DNA of 64,000 nt from an uncultured Chlamydiales bacterium (GTDB lineage: Bacteria; Chlamydiota; Chlamydiia; Chlamydiales; JAAKFR01), in the NCBI GenBank assembly GCA_963705695.1, contig CAVPKN010000012.1, positions 12,702-76,701 on the forward strand, in the 5' to 3' direction. A program made the position numbers and the translations under genes. The notes beneath the pieces are model-generated. The model saw nothing but the letters and a program-made list of their open reading frames with translations, did no database searches and was not told where the DNA came from. Shown in pieces: positions 1-9,356 of this stretch. The first letter of the stretch is position 1; every line of letters begins with the position of its first letter.

Positions 1-996
1 TCTCTCTTGCAACTCATAACACCGATCATAGAGCCAATGGATGAAGCCAAATAGGACGGGGCCTAAAATCGTCGCCCCATATTTCCAATAAAACCGCTCC
101 TCCTTTTTGATCGGTACAAGATCCTGAGAGTACGCCATCTGAGAGCGCAATGTAGTCAGAGCAAAATCTCCCTCCTTTTGATCGAGCAAACGCTCTTTGG
201 TCTCTACATTTTCTACCCATTCCCTTCCAAGAACCTCCTCCAATTCCTTCTCCATTTTAGGATAATGAAGTGTGGCAATTCCAACCTGTGCCGCAGCGGA
301 AACATCAGCTTCAAAGTGATCTCCAATATGGAGAATTTGATCTGGAGAAACGGCAAGTGTATTTACAACCTCGGAAAAAAGACCCTCTTGTTTATTCACA
401 CCATACTCTGAAGAGAGAAAAAGGTGGGCGATCTCCTCTCTTTTAAGGAGAGGGGACAAAAAATCGAGAAGCTGAATCTCTTCAAAATAGGTATTTGAGA
501 CCAACACGATGGGAATCTTGCTACGCTGAGCGGCACCGATCAAGGGCTCAAAAAATCGATTGTGCCGGATGATTTTTTTTTCGACTTCAATCTCAATTTG
601 AACTGCACTAGAGAGATCGGTTTCGTAAATCCCTGGGAGCGCCCCTGTTAGCATCTCCTTAAGCGTAAGCTTGACGAAGATCCCTTGCAGCTTCCAATAG
701 ATTTCAAGCAAGGTCAGCTCGGAGGTGCCCAGTAGGTATTTTTTCTCCTTTCTTGCAAGAAGCTCTCCCCTTTCTCGCAGTATGGCAAAGATCTGGGGTG
801 TGATCCCTGGGAGGAGCCACCCCTCCTCCTGGAATCTTTTCCCCAGTAGAAGGAAAAGATCTTGAGGTTGAGGCACCTTACGCCAGAGTAGCGTATCAAA
901 AATATCGAGAGAGAGGACCTTTACCTTCCCCGAGGCAATCTGTTCGAACGCCTTGTGAAGGCGGCTGTCATGAAATTCCCTCTGCCCAACGCTCAT
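1..996 (-). CDS. HAD-superfamily hydrolase (frameshifted, runs off window start)
   Basis: Manual translation across frames gives VLSLDIFDTLLWRKV (HAD motif I-like) and ILHIGDHFEADV (motif IV-like); several indels. Confidence 0.7.
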   Translation of the reverse strand, partial: MSVGQREFHDSRLHKAFEQIASGKVKVLSLDIFDTLLWRKVPQPQDLFLLLGKRFQEEGWLLPGITPQIFAILRERGELLARKEKKYLLGTSELTLLEIYWKLQGIFVKLTLKEMLTGALPGIYETDLSSAVQIEIEVEKKIIRHNRFFEPLIGAAQRSKIPIVLVSNTYFEEIQLLDFLSPLLKREEIAHLFLSSEYGVNKQEGLFSEVVNTLAVSPDQILHIGDHFEADVSAAAQVGIATLHYPKMEKELEEVLGREWVENVETKERLLDQKEGDFALTTLRSQMAYSQDLVPIKKEERFYWKYGATILGPVLFGFIHWLYDRCYELQER

Positions 997-1013
997 CTTC
1001 TCATGGTAACAAT

Positions 1014-1991
1014 TTAAGAAATTTTCTTTAATAATAATGCGGAGCAATATCCAATCAGAGCACAGACGGGAAATGTGATTAGCCAAGCGGAGACAATACG
1101 AAGGGTCACCCCCCATCTGACTGACGAAAGCCTTTTTGTGGCACCAACACCCATAATTGCCGCATTGATACTGTGGGTTGTGCTCAAGGGGACTCCCAAA
1201 AAAGTGGCGAGTGAAATGGTGGCACCAGCGGCGGTTTCCGCAGAAAATCCTTGTGGAGTTTCGAGTTGCGTAATGCGAAATCCCATCGTCTTTAAGATAC
1301 GCCATCCCCCTACAAGAGTTCCGATGGCCATCATTGCTGCACAGATCAACACCACCCAGAGTGGAATGTGAAAGGTATCGAGGCGATGTCCCATCACTAA
1401 AGCAAGAGTAAAGACACCCATGAATTTTTGCCCATCATTGGAACCGTGGCTAAACGCCATAAACGCAGAGGAGCACATCTGCAAATAATGGAAGACTTTT
1501 CTCATTTTACCCGGAGCGAATGCTTTAAATAGGTGGTAGACAAGGGTCATCAAAATGAGGCCGCCGATAAATCCGAGACATGTGGAGAAGAAGAGACCCA
1601 ATATGACCTTTTTCCACCCCTCCCATACCAAAACCCCCCATCCCCCTACAGCAACTCCTGCTCCTCCAAGACCTGCAACGAGAGCATGTGTCTCACTCGT
1701 TGGCAATCCGAGCCATGCTGTCACGCAACTCCAAATGATGATGGCGATCATACTGCTTGCCACTGTTGACAAATCGATCGTTGAAGGATTGACGATCTCT
1801 TTCCCTATCGTTTCGGCAACCGCCGTACCCATGAGGACTCCTAATAGGTTGAAGATCGCTGCCATAATGACAGCAGCTACAGGGGTTAAAACTCGGGTCG
1901 AAACGACTGTGGCAATCGCATTGGGCGCGTCGGTCCACCCGTTGGTGAACTCAGCAATTAAAACGAGGATCAAAACAATTAATAAATACAA
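1014..1991 (-). CDS. pit: PiT-family inorganic phosphate transporter
   Basis: NGWTDAPNAIAT and HGSNDGQK signature motifs, multiple TM segments. Confidence 0.93.
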   Translation of the reverse strand: MYLLIVLILVLIAEFTNGWTDAPNAIATVVSTRVLTPVAAVIMAAIFNLLGVLMGTAVAETIGKEIVNPSTIDLSTVASSMIAIIIWSCVTAWLGLPTSETHALVAGLGGAGVAVGGWGVLVWEGWKKVILGLFFSTCLGFIGGLILMTLVYHLFKAFAPGKMRKVFHYLQMCSSAFMAFSHGSNDGQKFMGVFTLALVMGHRLDTFHIPLWVVLICAAMMAIGTLVGGWRILKTMGFRITQLETPQGFSAETAAGATISLATFLGVPLSTTHSINAAIMGVGATKRLSSVRWGVTLRIVSAWLITFPVCALIGYCSALLLKKIS

Positions 1992-2008
1992 CTCGTGTCG
2001 AACCCCCT

Positions 2009-2175
2009 ATGAACCTATCTTACTATTGGCAAAAAGTGCTTTTTAAGTCTTTTTCCGCATCTTTTAGAGCCATTTCTCGGCCTACTTACCAAAGTATGTC
2101 CTTCGAAACGGCTCTAAAATCTGCAAAAAAAAATCCTTTATAAATCACATTTTTCGAATATTGAGATAGGTTCAT
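2009..2175. mobile_element. Family A palindromic MITE-like element, copy 1
   Basis: Ends ATGAACCTATC / GATAGGTTCAT; body matches 7154-7318, 20924-21111, 50961-51137. Confidence 0.9.
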
Positions 2176-2798
2176 CCATATTTGACAGCGATTCCCCAAA
2201 GGATGTCCGCAATATCTTCACATTTGTCAATGGCAAATTCGATAAAATCGTAGATCTCTTTCCATTTGATAATTTCTATTGCATTCGTTTCGTTTTGGAA
2301 GAGTTCCCCAAGCGCCTTTTCATAAAGTGCGTCCCCCTTGTTTTCCAAATCGTGAATATTAATGCAGAGGGGGAATAGGGCAGATATCTCTTTGAATCCC
2401 CTCATTTTATGAATGGCAAGATGGACCGAGTGGGCTGCTTGTTGGAAGAGATCAACCATCTCTTTCAAATACGTCTTGATCTCTACAATTCGAAACAAGA
2501 ACATCCGTTGGCTTAAATCGTTGACATGGTCGACAAGATCATCGATTTTTTTAGTCAGTTGATGGATCTCTTCCCGATCGATCGGCGTGATGAAGGTTTT
2601 ATTCAATTTGATCATGATCTCATGAACGATCTGATCACACTCATGCTCTAGGTCTCGAATCAGCTGTAAATGAGGATGGGTGATATGCCACTCAAGAACT
2701 AAAACCTTAAACGCACCGACGGCCTCCTCGCTTTTTGACGTCAGCCGTTCGAGCAGCCGGTAGAAAATATCACCCTTCGGCAATAAACTGAATCGCAT
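2172..2798 (-). CDS. DUF47/PhoU-like phosphate transport regulator
   Basis: LEHECD...FITPIDRE and ENKGD...KWKEIY...DKCED motifs; directly upstream of pit. Confidence 0.9.
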   Translation of the reverse strand: MRFSLLPKGDIFYRLLERLTSKSEEAVGAFKVLVLEWHITHPHLQLIRDLEHECDQIVHEIMIKLNKTFITPIDREEIHQLTKKIDDLVDHVNDLSQRMFLFRIVEIKTYLKEMVDLFQQAAHSVHLAIHKMRGFKEISALFPLCINIHDLENKGDALYEKALGELFQNETNAIEIIKWKEIYDFIEFAIDKCEDIADILWGIAVKYG

Positions 2799-2830
2799 CT
2801 TGAAAAAAAGTCACTTTATGTTTCCAGACA

Positions 2831-4054
2831 CTAGGGTTCTTTGATGGTTTTTTGCAATCTCTCTTTCGATAGCAAGAAAATAAAACCCGCCGTGCCTAGA
2901 GCGAGGGCTGAAGGGATCACAATCATCCCCGCAATTAAGGCATTGCTGTGTTGGGGGCCTCCAACCGTGTTGATAATAGCGCCGATGAGCGCATGAAACG
3001 CATAGCCGAAAATCATGATGATCATGTTAGCAATAGCAGTGGTCAATCCCACAACGTGTTCCCGGACATAGGTTGAGGCTTTGTAAATCGCTAAGATCTG
3101 GTAGGCACAGCAAATGCCGATTGCAATGAAGCTGATCATCAAAAGCGTTGAGGGCAATTGCCAGGTTAAAAAAGTGATAAAACCAATGGCCATAAGGGCG
3201 CCGGAGCCAACGATCGCTGCAAGATACCCCACTCTTTCCGCAATGAGACTCAAAATAGGTGCCCCAAAGCACATCCCCATGAAAATCAAGGAGGGCAAAC
3301 TGGCGGCAACGGTTCCATTAAAGTTGTAAACTTGCTTCAAGAAAGCAGTCGCCCACACATCGGCAAACCCCTCAAGGGGGCCCACCATAAGACCGGCACA
3401 GAAGCAACTGATGATCACTCCTCTATTGCAGATCACTTCCTTGATATCGGCAAACACCGTATTTTGGGACGGCGTTGTGGCATTGGGGACGATCACATAG
3501 GTTGTGGCGGCCAATGCAATTCCAATAATCGCTAAAATTTTGACAACAGCAAGATGACCCAACGTTTCACACAAATAGCTGACAGGACCCCCTCCATAAA
3601 TGGCCCCCAACAATCCAATCGTCACCGAAATGCTCAACATCCGGGTAAACAATTTCTCCTTAAAGGTCATCCGGATGATTTTAAAAACGCCTAAAATAGC
3701 GGCTGAGGAGCCAATCCCCGTCAACAATCGTCCGATAATCGGATAGACCCAATGCTCTGCAAAGAGAAGAGGAAGCATCCCTAGCACCGAGAGAAGAATA
3801 CATCCCGACATCACCCTCCTGAGGCCAAATCGGTCGAGCATCAATCCAATCGGTATATGAACCAAAGAGTAGCCGATATAATAAATTCCCGAAAATTGCC
3901 CAAAGGTTGCCGCATTGATCTGAAATTGCTCCATGATCTCACTGAGCATGATGTTGGGCATGACTTTTAATATGTACTGGTAAGCATAAAAGATCGAGGC
4001 GACCATCCAGACGGCCCACGCCACTGCCCTCGGCTTAGAAATGGAACTTGACAT
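2831..4054 (-). CDS. MFS transporter
   Basis: About 12 TM; motif A GLMLDRFGLRR. Confidence 0.88.
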   Translation of the reverse strand: MSSSISKPRAVAWAVWMVASIFYAYQYILKVMPNIMLSEIMEQFQINAATFGQFSGIYYIGYSLVHIPIGLMLDRFGLRRVMSGCILLSVLGMLPLLFAEHWVYPIIGRLLTGIGSSAAILGVFKIIRMTFKEKLFTRMLSISVTIGLLGAIYGGGPVSYLCETLGHLAVVKILAIIGIALAATTYVIVPNATTPSQNTVFADIKEVICNRGVIISCFCAGLMVGPLEGFADVWATAFLKQVYNFNGTVAASLPSLIFMGMCFGAPILSLIAERVGYLAAIVGSGALMAIGFITFLTWQLPSTLLMISFIAIGICCAYQILAIYKASTYVREHVVGLTTAIANMIIMIFGYAFHALIGAIINTVGGPQHSNALIAGMIVIPSALALGTAGFIFLLSKERLQKTIKEP

Positions 4055-4269
4055 AACAATCCTTAAAAATTTAATTTTCTATCAGACTTCATCTGAGTCT
4101 CTTTAATTTTACCTATAGTATGAAAGTAGAAAACAAAAATTTATTGTGCCGAAAGGCACAGCAGGAATTGGATCAGAATTCTAACAGGATAGCAACTCTT
4201 CATAGCAAATAGCATATACCATGATGACAATAAAAGGTAGCTTTAAAAAATTTCCTAACGAACCACAGC

Positions 4270-4971
4270 TCATTGCGATAATATAAAATTGCCATTGGCA
4301 TCAAGTTGCGGCGCGGTATTTGTAATGCCAACTCTACGGAACTCCGCAGTGAATGTACGCTGGTCATCTGGGGTCACATTCGCCAAGGGCCGTGGATTTT
4401 CACCGTCTAGTACTTCGCTAATACTTGGATCCCATACCAGGGTAAATCGAGCAATCCAGTAGTCATCTTCGCCTCGTTGTTTACCTAAAAGTGTAAATGA
4501 AACACATTCCAATTGATTCATATCTAATGGAGATTTCTTCATTTCATCCATAAACTTCTGCAAATGGAGCTTCGCCGAGCTGCGATCATGATAGACTTCT
4601 TCTTTTATTATGGGGGGAGAACCATTTTTGTATCTAATTTCAATCATACACTTTAGCCGGTCAATTTCATTATTCACGTATCGTAGTAACATATAAGACT
4701 TGTAAGCACGGTTGAATAGGGCTTGAGTCCCACGCTCATTTGCGGTTTGCCGGCGCCAGCAGCAACATGATACACACGTAATTAGTAAGGCAAATGCGCT
4801 GAATCCCGTGAAAAGACCCATACCTAGGGGAGGAAGCCCCAAGACGTTGGTTGCGGCAATGACGATCAGGGCAATTTCGATGACTTCGAAGATTAAATGC
4901 CCCGCACAAGCCCCCATATTCTCATCGATATTCGGACAACCTCTAAAAATAAGTGAAGCAGCCCCAGACAT
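4270..4971 (-). CDS. Inc-like membrane protein, tandem paralog 1 of 3
   Basis: Bilobed hydrophobic hairpin, SCCCWRR, C-terminal LDANGNF; SD GAAGGAG. Confidence 0.8.
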   Translation of the reverse strand: MSGAASLIFRGCPNIDENMGACAGHLIFEVIEIALIVIAATNVLGLPPLGMGLFTGFSAFALLITCVSCCCWRRQTANERGTQALFNRAYKSYMLLRYVNNEIDRLKCMIEIRYKNGSPPIIKEEVYHDRSSAKLHLQKFMDEMKKSPLDMNQLECVSFTLLGKQRGEDDYWIARFTLVWDPSISEVLDGENPRPLANVTPDDQRTFTAEFRRVGITNTAPQLDANGNFILSQ

Positions 4972-5195
4972 TGCACAATCTCCTTCTAAATAAAAGAATA
5001 CTAACAGGAAAGCTGTTTATAATTAACTTCAACCTTATACTGCCGCACAACGCTAGAAACGGTGCCTCATTCTGAATTGACCAGCGTCATTTTAACTTTT
5101 TCTATAATCTCAATCGTTTCTATTGTTAAATCGTTCCTGTCGTTAATAAAAGATAGCTTTAAAAAATTTCCCAATTAACTCAAAAGTCTTTGCGC

Positions 5196-5912
5196 TTACA
5201 CAAAATTGCCCTGGGCATCAAGTTGCTGCACACCATTTGTAATGCCAAGCATCTGGAACGGCTTAGCGAATGTACCCTGGTCATCTGGTAATGCATTCGT
5301 CATTTGCTGAGGATTTGGATCATCTACTACTTTTCCAGTATTTTGATCCAATCGCAGGGTAAACTTAGCGATCCAGTAGGTACTTGCGCCTTGTTGTTTA
5401 CCTATAAGTGTAAATTGAACAAATTCCAATCGATTAACATCATACTGGAAAAGTAGTAGATGATCCAACACAGATTTCTTCGTTTTATCCACAAACTCCC
5501 GCAAACTGGCCTGCAATGTGCCAAAGTCATTGAAGACTTCTTTTTTTCTGTCAGGTAAAGGATTGTCTCTATATTTAATATCAATCTTACACTTCAGCTT
5601 CTCCGTGTTAACATTCACGTGTTCTAACATATAAGCTGAGCGAGCATGGTTGAATAGGGCTTGAGCGCCGCCCTCATTTATGGCTTGCCGGCGGCGCCAG
5701 CAGCAACAAGATACACTCGTAATTAGTAAGGCAAATGCGCTGAATCCCGTGAAAAGACCCATACCTAGGGGGGGAAGCCCCAAGACGTTGGTTGCGGCAA
5801 TGACGATCAGGGCAATTTCGATGGCTTCGAGAATTAAATGCCCCGCACAAGCCCCCTTTTTTTCTTTGATATTCGGACAACCGCTAAAAATGAGTGAAGT
5901 AACTTGTGACAT
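5196..5912 (-). CDS. Inc-like membrane protein, tandem paralog 2 of 3
   Basis: Same N-terminal hairpin and SCCCWRR; C-terminal LDAQGNF. Confidence 0.8.
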   Translation of the reverse strand: MSQVTSLIFSGCPNIKEKKGACAGHLILEAIEIALIVIAATNVLGLPPLGMGLFTGFSAFALLITSVSCCCWRRRQAINEGGAQALFNHARSAYMLEHVNVNTEKLKCKIDIKYRDNPLPDRKKEVFNDFGTLQASLREFVDKTKKSVLDHLLLFQYDVNRLEFVQFTLIGKQQGASTYWIAKFTLRLDQNTGKVVDDPNPQQMTNALPDDQGTFAKPFQMLGITNGVQQLDAQGNFV

Positions 5913-5936
5913 CGTAATCTCCTTCTAAATAGAAGA

Positions 5937-5965
5937 ATAGTAACAGGAAAGCTATATATAGTCAA
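5937..5965 (-). promoter_or_regulatory. sigma66/sigma70-type promoter of paralog 2
   Basis: TTGACT-N17-TACTAT on the minus strand. Confidence 0.7.
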
Positions 5966-6073
5966 CTTCAACCTTATACTGCCACGGAACGCTAGAAATG
6001 ATATGAACGATGGTAGGAGAGAAGAAACTGCCTCATTCTGAATTGACCAGCGCCAATTTAATTTTTCTATCGT

Positions 6074-6290
6074 TAATTCCTGCCGACAATTTTATGCGGT
6101 TAATTTTTTACCACAGAGCTCACAGAGTTAATCGCTTGCGCGCAGTCGCGCACAAATGATAGCGCTCGGCCAAGGCCCGCGTATGCTGGTTTGGCCGGCT
6201 CTGCGCGCTCTGTATTCTCTGTGGTTATAAAAAAAAAGTTTAAGAAAACTTTTATCAAGCCTAGTCGATAGAATCGACCGGCGGGAATTA
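6074..6290. mobile_element. Family B nested palindromic element, copy 1
   Basis: Outer IR TAATTCCTGCCG/CGGCGGGAATTA, inner IR ACCACAGAG/CTCTGTGGT (6110-6225); inverted copy at 24588-24804; absent from the paralogous intergenic region near 5100. Confidence 0.88.
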
Positions 6291-6372
6291 GTTACTTACG
6301 CGAATTATGCAACGATCTCATGGTTAAACCGTTCATATCGTTAATAAAAGATAGCTTTAAAAAACTTCCTAA

Positions 6373-7083
6373 TTAGATGAAATTGCCCTGGGCATCAATT
6401 TTCGGCGGCTTGGTAACGGCAATTTCAGTCATAATAACTCCAAGAGCTGTGTATTGCTTAGCGAATGTTCTATCCTCATCCGGTTTCACATTCCGCATGT
6501 AGCGTGGATTTTCGCCTACTAATTTTTCAGTCTTTAGATCCCATCGCAAGGTAAACAGAGCGAGCCAATAGGTTTCTTCGTCCTGTTGTTTACCTGTAAG
6601 TGTAAATGAAACACATTCCAATTGATTCATATCTAATGGAGATTTCTTCATTTCATCCATAAACTTCTGCAAATGGAGCTTCGCCGAGCTGCGATCATTG
6701 AGGACGTGTCTGTCTATGTGGGGTAAATCAGAATAACGACCTAGATATTTAACATCAATCCTACACTCCAGCTGCTCCGTGTTATCATTCACGTAATTTA
6801 ACATAGTTGAGAGAGCATGTGTGTATAGGGCTTGAGTCCTTCCCTCAATTACGACTTCCTGACGGCGCCAGCAGCAACAAGATACACTCGTAATTAGTAA
6901 GGCAAGTGCGCTGAATCCCGTGAAAAGACCCACACCTAGGGGGGGAAGCCCCAAGACGTTGGTTGCAGCGATGATAATCAGGGCAATTTCAATGACTTCG
7001 AGAATTAAATGCCCCGCACAAGCCCCCATATTTTCATCGATATTCAGGCAATTTCTAAAAATAAGCGAAGTAGCTTGTGACAT
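6373..7083 (-). CDS. Inc-like membrane protein, tandem paralog 3 of 3
   Basis: Start MSQATS aligns with paralog 2 and follows SD GAGGAG; C-terminal IDAQGNF. Confidence 0.8.
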   Translation of the reverse strand: MSQATSLIFRNCLNIDENMGACAGHLILEVIEIALIIIAATNVLGLPPLGVGLFTGFSALALLITSVSCCCWRRQEVVIEGRTQALYTHALSTMLNYVNDNTEQLECRIDVKYLGRYSDLPHIDRHVLNDRSSAKLHLQKFMDEMKKSPLDMNQLECVSFTLTGKQQDEETYWLALFTLRWDLKTEKLVGENPRYMRNVKPDEDRTFAKQYTALGVIMTEIAVTKPPKIDAQGNFI

Positions 7084-7106
7084 CGTAATCTCCTCTAAAT
7101 AGAAGA

Positions 7107-7135
7107 ATATTAGCAATAAAACTATTTATAGTCAA
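7107..7135 (-). promoter_or_regulatory. sigma66/sigma70-type promoter of paralog 3
   Basis: TTGACT-N17-TAATAT, same position as in paralog 2. Confidence 0.7.
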
Positions 7136-7153
7136 AGAAACCATTAAGCCCTT

Positions 7154-7318
7154 ATGAACCTATCTCACTATTGGCAAAAAGTGCTTTTTAAGTCTTTTTC
7201 CGCATTTTTTAGAGCCTTTTCTCCGCCTACTTACCAAAGTATGTCCTTCGAAACGGCTCTAAAATCTGCAAAAAAATCCTTTAAAAATCACATTTTTCGA
7301 ATAGTGAGATAGGTTCAT
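7154..7318. mobile_element. Family A palindromic MITE-like element, copy 2
   Basis: IR ATGAACCTATCTCACTATT / AATAGTGAGATAGGTTCAT; 165 bp. Confidence 0.9.
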
Positions 7319-7353
7319 CGCAGCTGCGCTGACGAGTCAGTTAAAAAATTGAG

Positions 7354-7911
7354 TTATTGTTTCACGGTGATCTCTTGCTCAAGTTCGTCATTGATCCCTT
7401 GCTTAAAGAACTTTCCTTCAGCGACTTTTGTCAGCTTAATGTCAGCCCGTGCTTCTTCGTGGAGTGTTGTTTTTAACAGATCGTAAATTTCATCAAAATT
7501 GGCCAATTCGGGGCAGGCCGCATTCATATGTTCGATCAGGGTACAGGCGGAACCGTAAGCGGCGATCTCGTAATGTTCCACTTTTTGAGCGGCAATGATA
7601 ATAAAACAATCACGAACGGCAGATGTAATCCCCCGTCTTCTTAAGATTTCATCCCCCTCTTCCAGTAACCCAATAATACCGGAGCATGTTTTATTTTCCG
7701 CCCTAACTCCTAATAATTTGAATATTTTTTCCAATCTTTTAACTTGCTCTTTCGTTTCTTTTAAATGCTCATTGAGGTTCTTTTTTAACTCTTCGTGGCT
7801 AGCCTTTTGAATCATCTGTCCCAATGCCTTGGTAATACGGAGTTCTGAGTCGTAGAGGCTTTGAAGAAATTCAAGAAAAACATCAAAAAATGCGAGATTA
7901 TTATTGGCCAT
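7354..7911 (-). CDS. yciF: YciE/YciF (DUF892) ferritin-like stress protein
   Basis: LYDSE, HLKETKEQVKRLE and AAQKVEHYEIAAYG motifs. Confidence 0.88.
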   Translation of the reverse strand: MANNNLAFFDVFLEFLQSLYDSELRITKALGQMIQKASHEELKKNLNEHLKETKEQVKRLEKIFKLLGVRAENKTCSGIIGLLEEGDEILRRRGITSAVRDCFIIIAAQKVEHYEIAAYGSACTLIEHMNAACPELANFDEIYDLLKTTLHEEARADIKLTKVAEGKFFKQGINDELEQEITVKQ

Positions 7912-8027
7912 GGATTCCCCCTTTATTTAAACATTCATCTAATTATTATTTTTGGTGTTTTATTTTTTTAAATCAATAAAAAGGGGCCCATTTAAGAGCG
8001 CCCTAAAGTAAGCTGTCACATCCCACA

Positions 8028-8636
8028 TTAAGGGGTTTTTGCGCAAATTCCTCGCTTACATTTTGTAAGGCAACATGTTGCCATGATGATGCCGATGAAG
8101 TAGACCAGGATGCTAAGACCTTGCAATATGAGCCAAAGATTTTTTCCAGCCACAATCGGTGCATAGTAGAAACCAGGCCAGATATAATTGATAATGTAAT
8201 ACCCGATATAACCTGTAACGATCAAAGCAATAAGACCTACGATGCACAAAACCAAGGAGGTACAGCAATGGGTGTGTTTATGTTCCTTGAGATCACTCGT
8301 CCGATAGGAGGTTGCCTCCGTTGAGGTTGTATCTGTGATGGTTCTGCATTTCGAAATCATCATATATAGACCACCCACAATCGCCATTCCCAATCCCCCT
8401 ACTTGCAAAAACCCAGAGCTCAAGGCAAGAGGCGATCCGAACCACAGTGTGATATTAGATAGAAAATAAGGGGAATTATCGTAGGAAGAGCCGACCAAAT
8501 AATGGATTAAAACACCAAATCCTAAAAAAATACCGACAATAAAAAACCATAGTCCCCACCAAACAAAGCAAAGGCCGGCATGGCCGCAACCTTTATTTTC
8601 TTTATAATTTAATTGTTCTTGCATAACTTTCCCCAC
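8028..8636 (-). CDS. Cys/His-rich 4-TM membrane protein of unknown function
   Basis: Four hydrophobic segments; GCGH, HKHTHCC and CCLTKC clusters. Confidence 0.75.
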   Translation of the reverse strand: MGKVMQEQLNYKENKGCGHAGLCFVWWGLWFFIVGIFLGFGVLIHYLVGSSYDNSPYFLSNITLWFGSPLALSSGFLQVGGLGMAIVGGLYMMISKCRTITDTTSTEATSYRTSDLKEHKHTHCCTSLVLCIVGLIALIVTGYIGYYIINYIWPGFYYAPIVAGKNLWLILQGLSILVYFIGIIMATCCLTKCKRGICAKTP

Positions 8637-8672
8637 TTTTTATTTCGTTAAAATGATGATATCTACATTTTA

Positions 8673-8689
8673 AGCAATTTACGTGCCAA
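8673..8689 (-). promoter_or_regulatory. sigma54 (-24/-12) promoter
   Basis: Minus strand TTGGCACGTAAATTGCT matches consensus TGGCACG-N4-TTGC with GG-N10-GC spacing, about 37 bp before the ORF start. Confidence 0.8.
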
Positions 8690-8691
8690 CC

Positions 8692-8765
8692 TAATGCCCG
8701 ACCGCGTAAGTTTTTAGCATTTTGGCGAGCGTCAAAATGCTAAAAATTTGCGCGGTCGGGCACTA
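8692..8765. repeat. Family C long hairpin element
   Basis: 33-bp arms TGCCCGACCGCG...CGCGGTCGGGCA with 3 G-T mismatches, TA-flanked, abuts the TAG stop at 8763. Confidence 0.85.
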
Positions 8766-9215
8766 GCCACGCCTTTTGCGCGTGCCCCTGATCGTAACTA
8801 GACCAAAAGGACTCTCATTTTTTTCGACCGGCATTTTTCTTCGGGCTCCCTCCTCATAATTTCTTTCCCACCGCTGCTCTGCATCTCGCGTTCGGACCTG
8901 TTTTCCGGTGCGTTTATAAGGGACTCTACTTTTTTCCCACATGCTCTCCCAGCGCGCCTCAGCCCCACTTCTCCTATTAACAGGGCGTTCAAAATGCTTT
9001 TCTACATTCTTGCCATAACCAACGTCTTGATCACTCACCTCTATTTTGCGGCTTTTTCTCTTTGCTCGGACTTCTTTAGCCGCCACGCGGGGTTTACTTC
9101 CTCCTGCGCGTGTGGTTTTCTTACTCCGACTCCCGCTTTTTTTTCCCCCACGAGCCAAGGCCCCTTTGCGCCCTGCCGCCGAGCGCTTCTCACTCGTGGT
9201 TTTGCGAGTAACCAT
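8763..9215 (-). CDS. Highly basic histone-like/KGG-motif-like protein
   Basis: K/R-rich; EKRSAAGRKGALARG resembles the KGG stress motif; internal repeat AEARWE/AEQRWE. Confidence 0.7.
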   Translation of the reverse strand: MVTRKTTSEKRSAAGRKGALARGGKKSGSRSKKTTRAGGSKPRVAAKEVRAKRKSRKIEVSDQDVGYGKNVEKHFERPVNRRSGAEARWESMWEKSRVPYKRTGKQVRTRDAEQRWERNYEEGARRKMPVEKNESPFGLVTIRGTRKRRG

Positions 9216-9300
9216 ATCTTCCCCCTAATAATTAACGAATTGCGATCGCGTTCTATTATTATAATTATAATTAAATTTAAATTATTGCAAGTGTAAATAA

Positions 9301-9327
9301 AAAAAGCAGGTCAGATTGACCTGCTTA
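9301..9327 (-). terminator. Rho-independent terminator
   Basis: AAGCAGGTCA-loop-TGACCTGCTT with a U tract on the minus strand. Confidence 0.75.
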
Positions 9328-9356
9328 ATTTCTAAAAAGTTGGGGATTTTTTTAGA

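Noticed and set aside
4060-4205. Riboswitch or leader peptide upstream of the MFS gene (GTGCCGAAAGGCAC hairpin, 20-codon uORF)
   Set aside because: No TPP, SAM, lysine or glycine consensus recognised; only isolated short hairpins
4230-7140. Diversity-generating retroelement or CRISPR explanation for the repeats
   Set aside because: No reverse transcriptase or cas genes in the window, no repeat-spacer periodicity, and differences are not restricted to adenines
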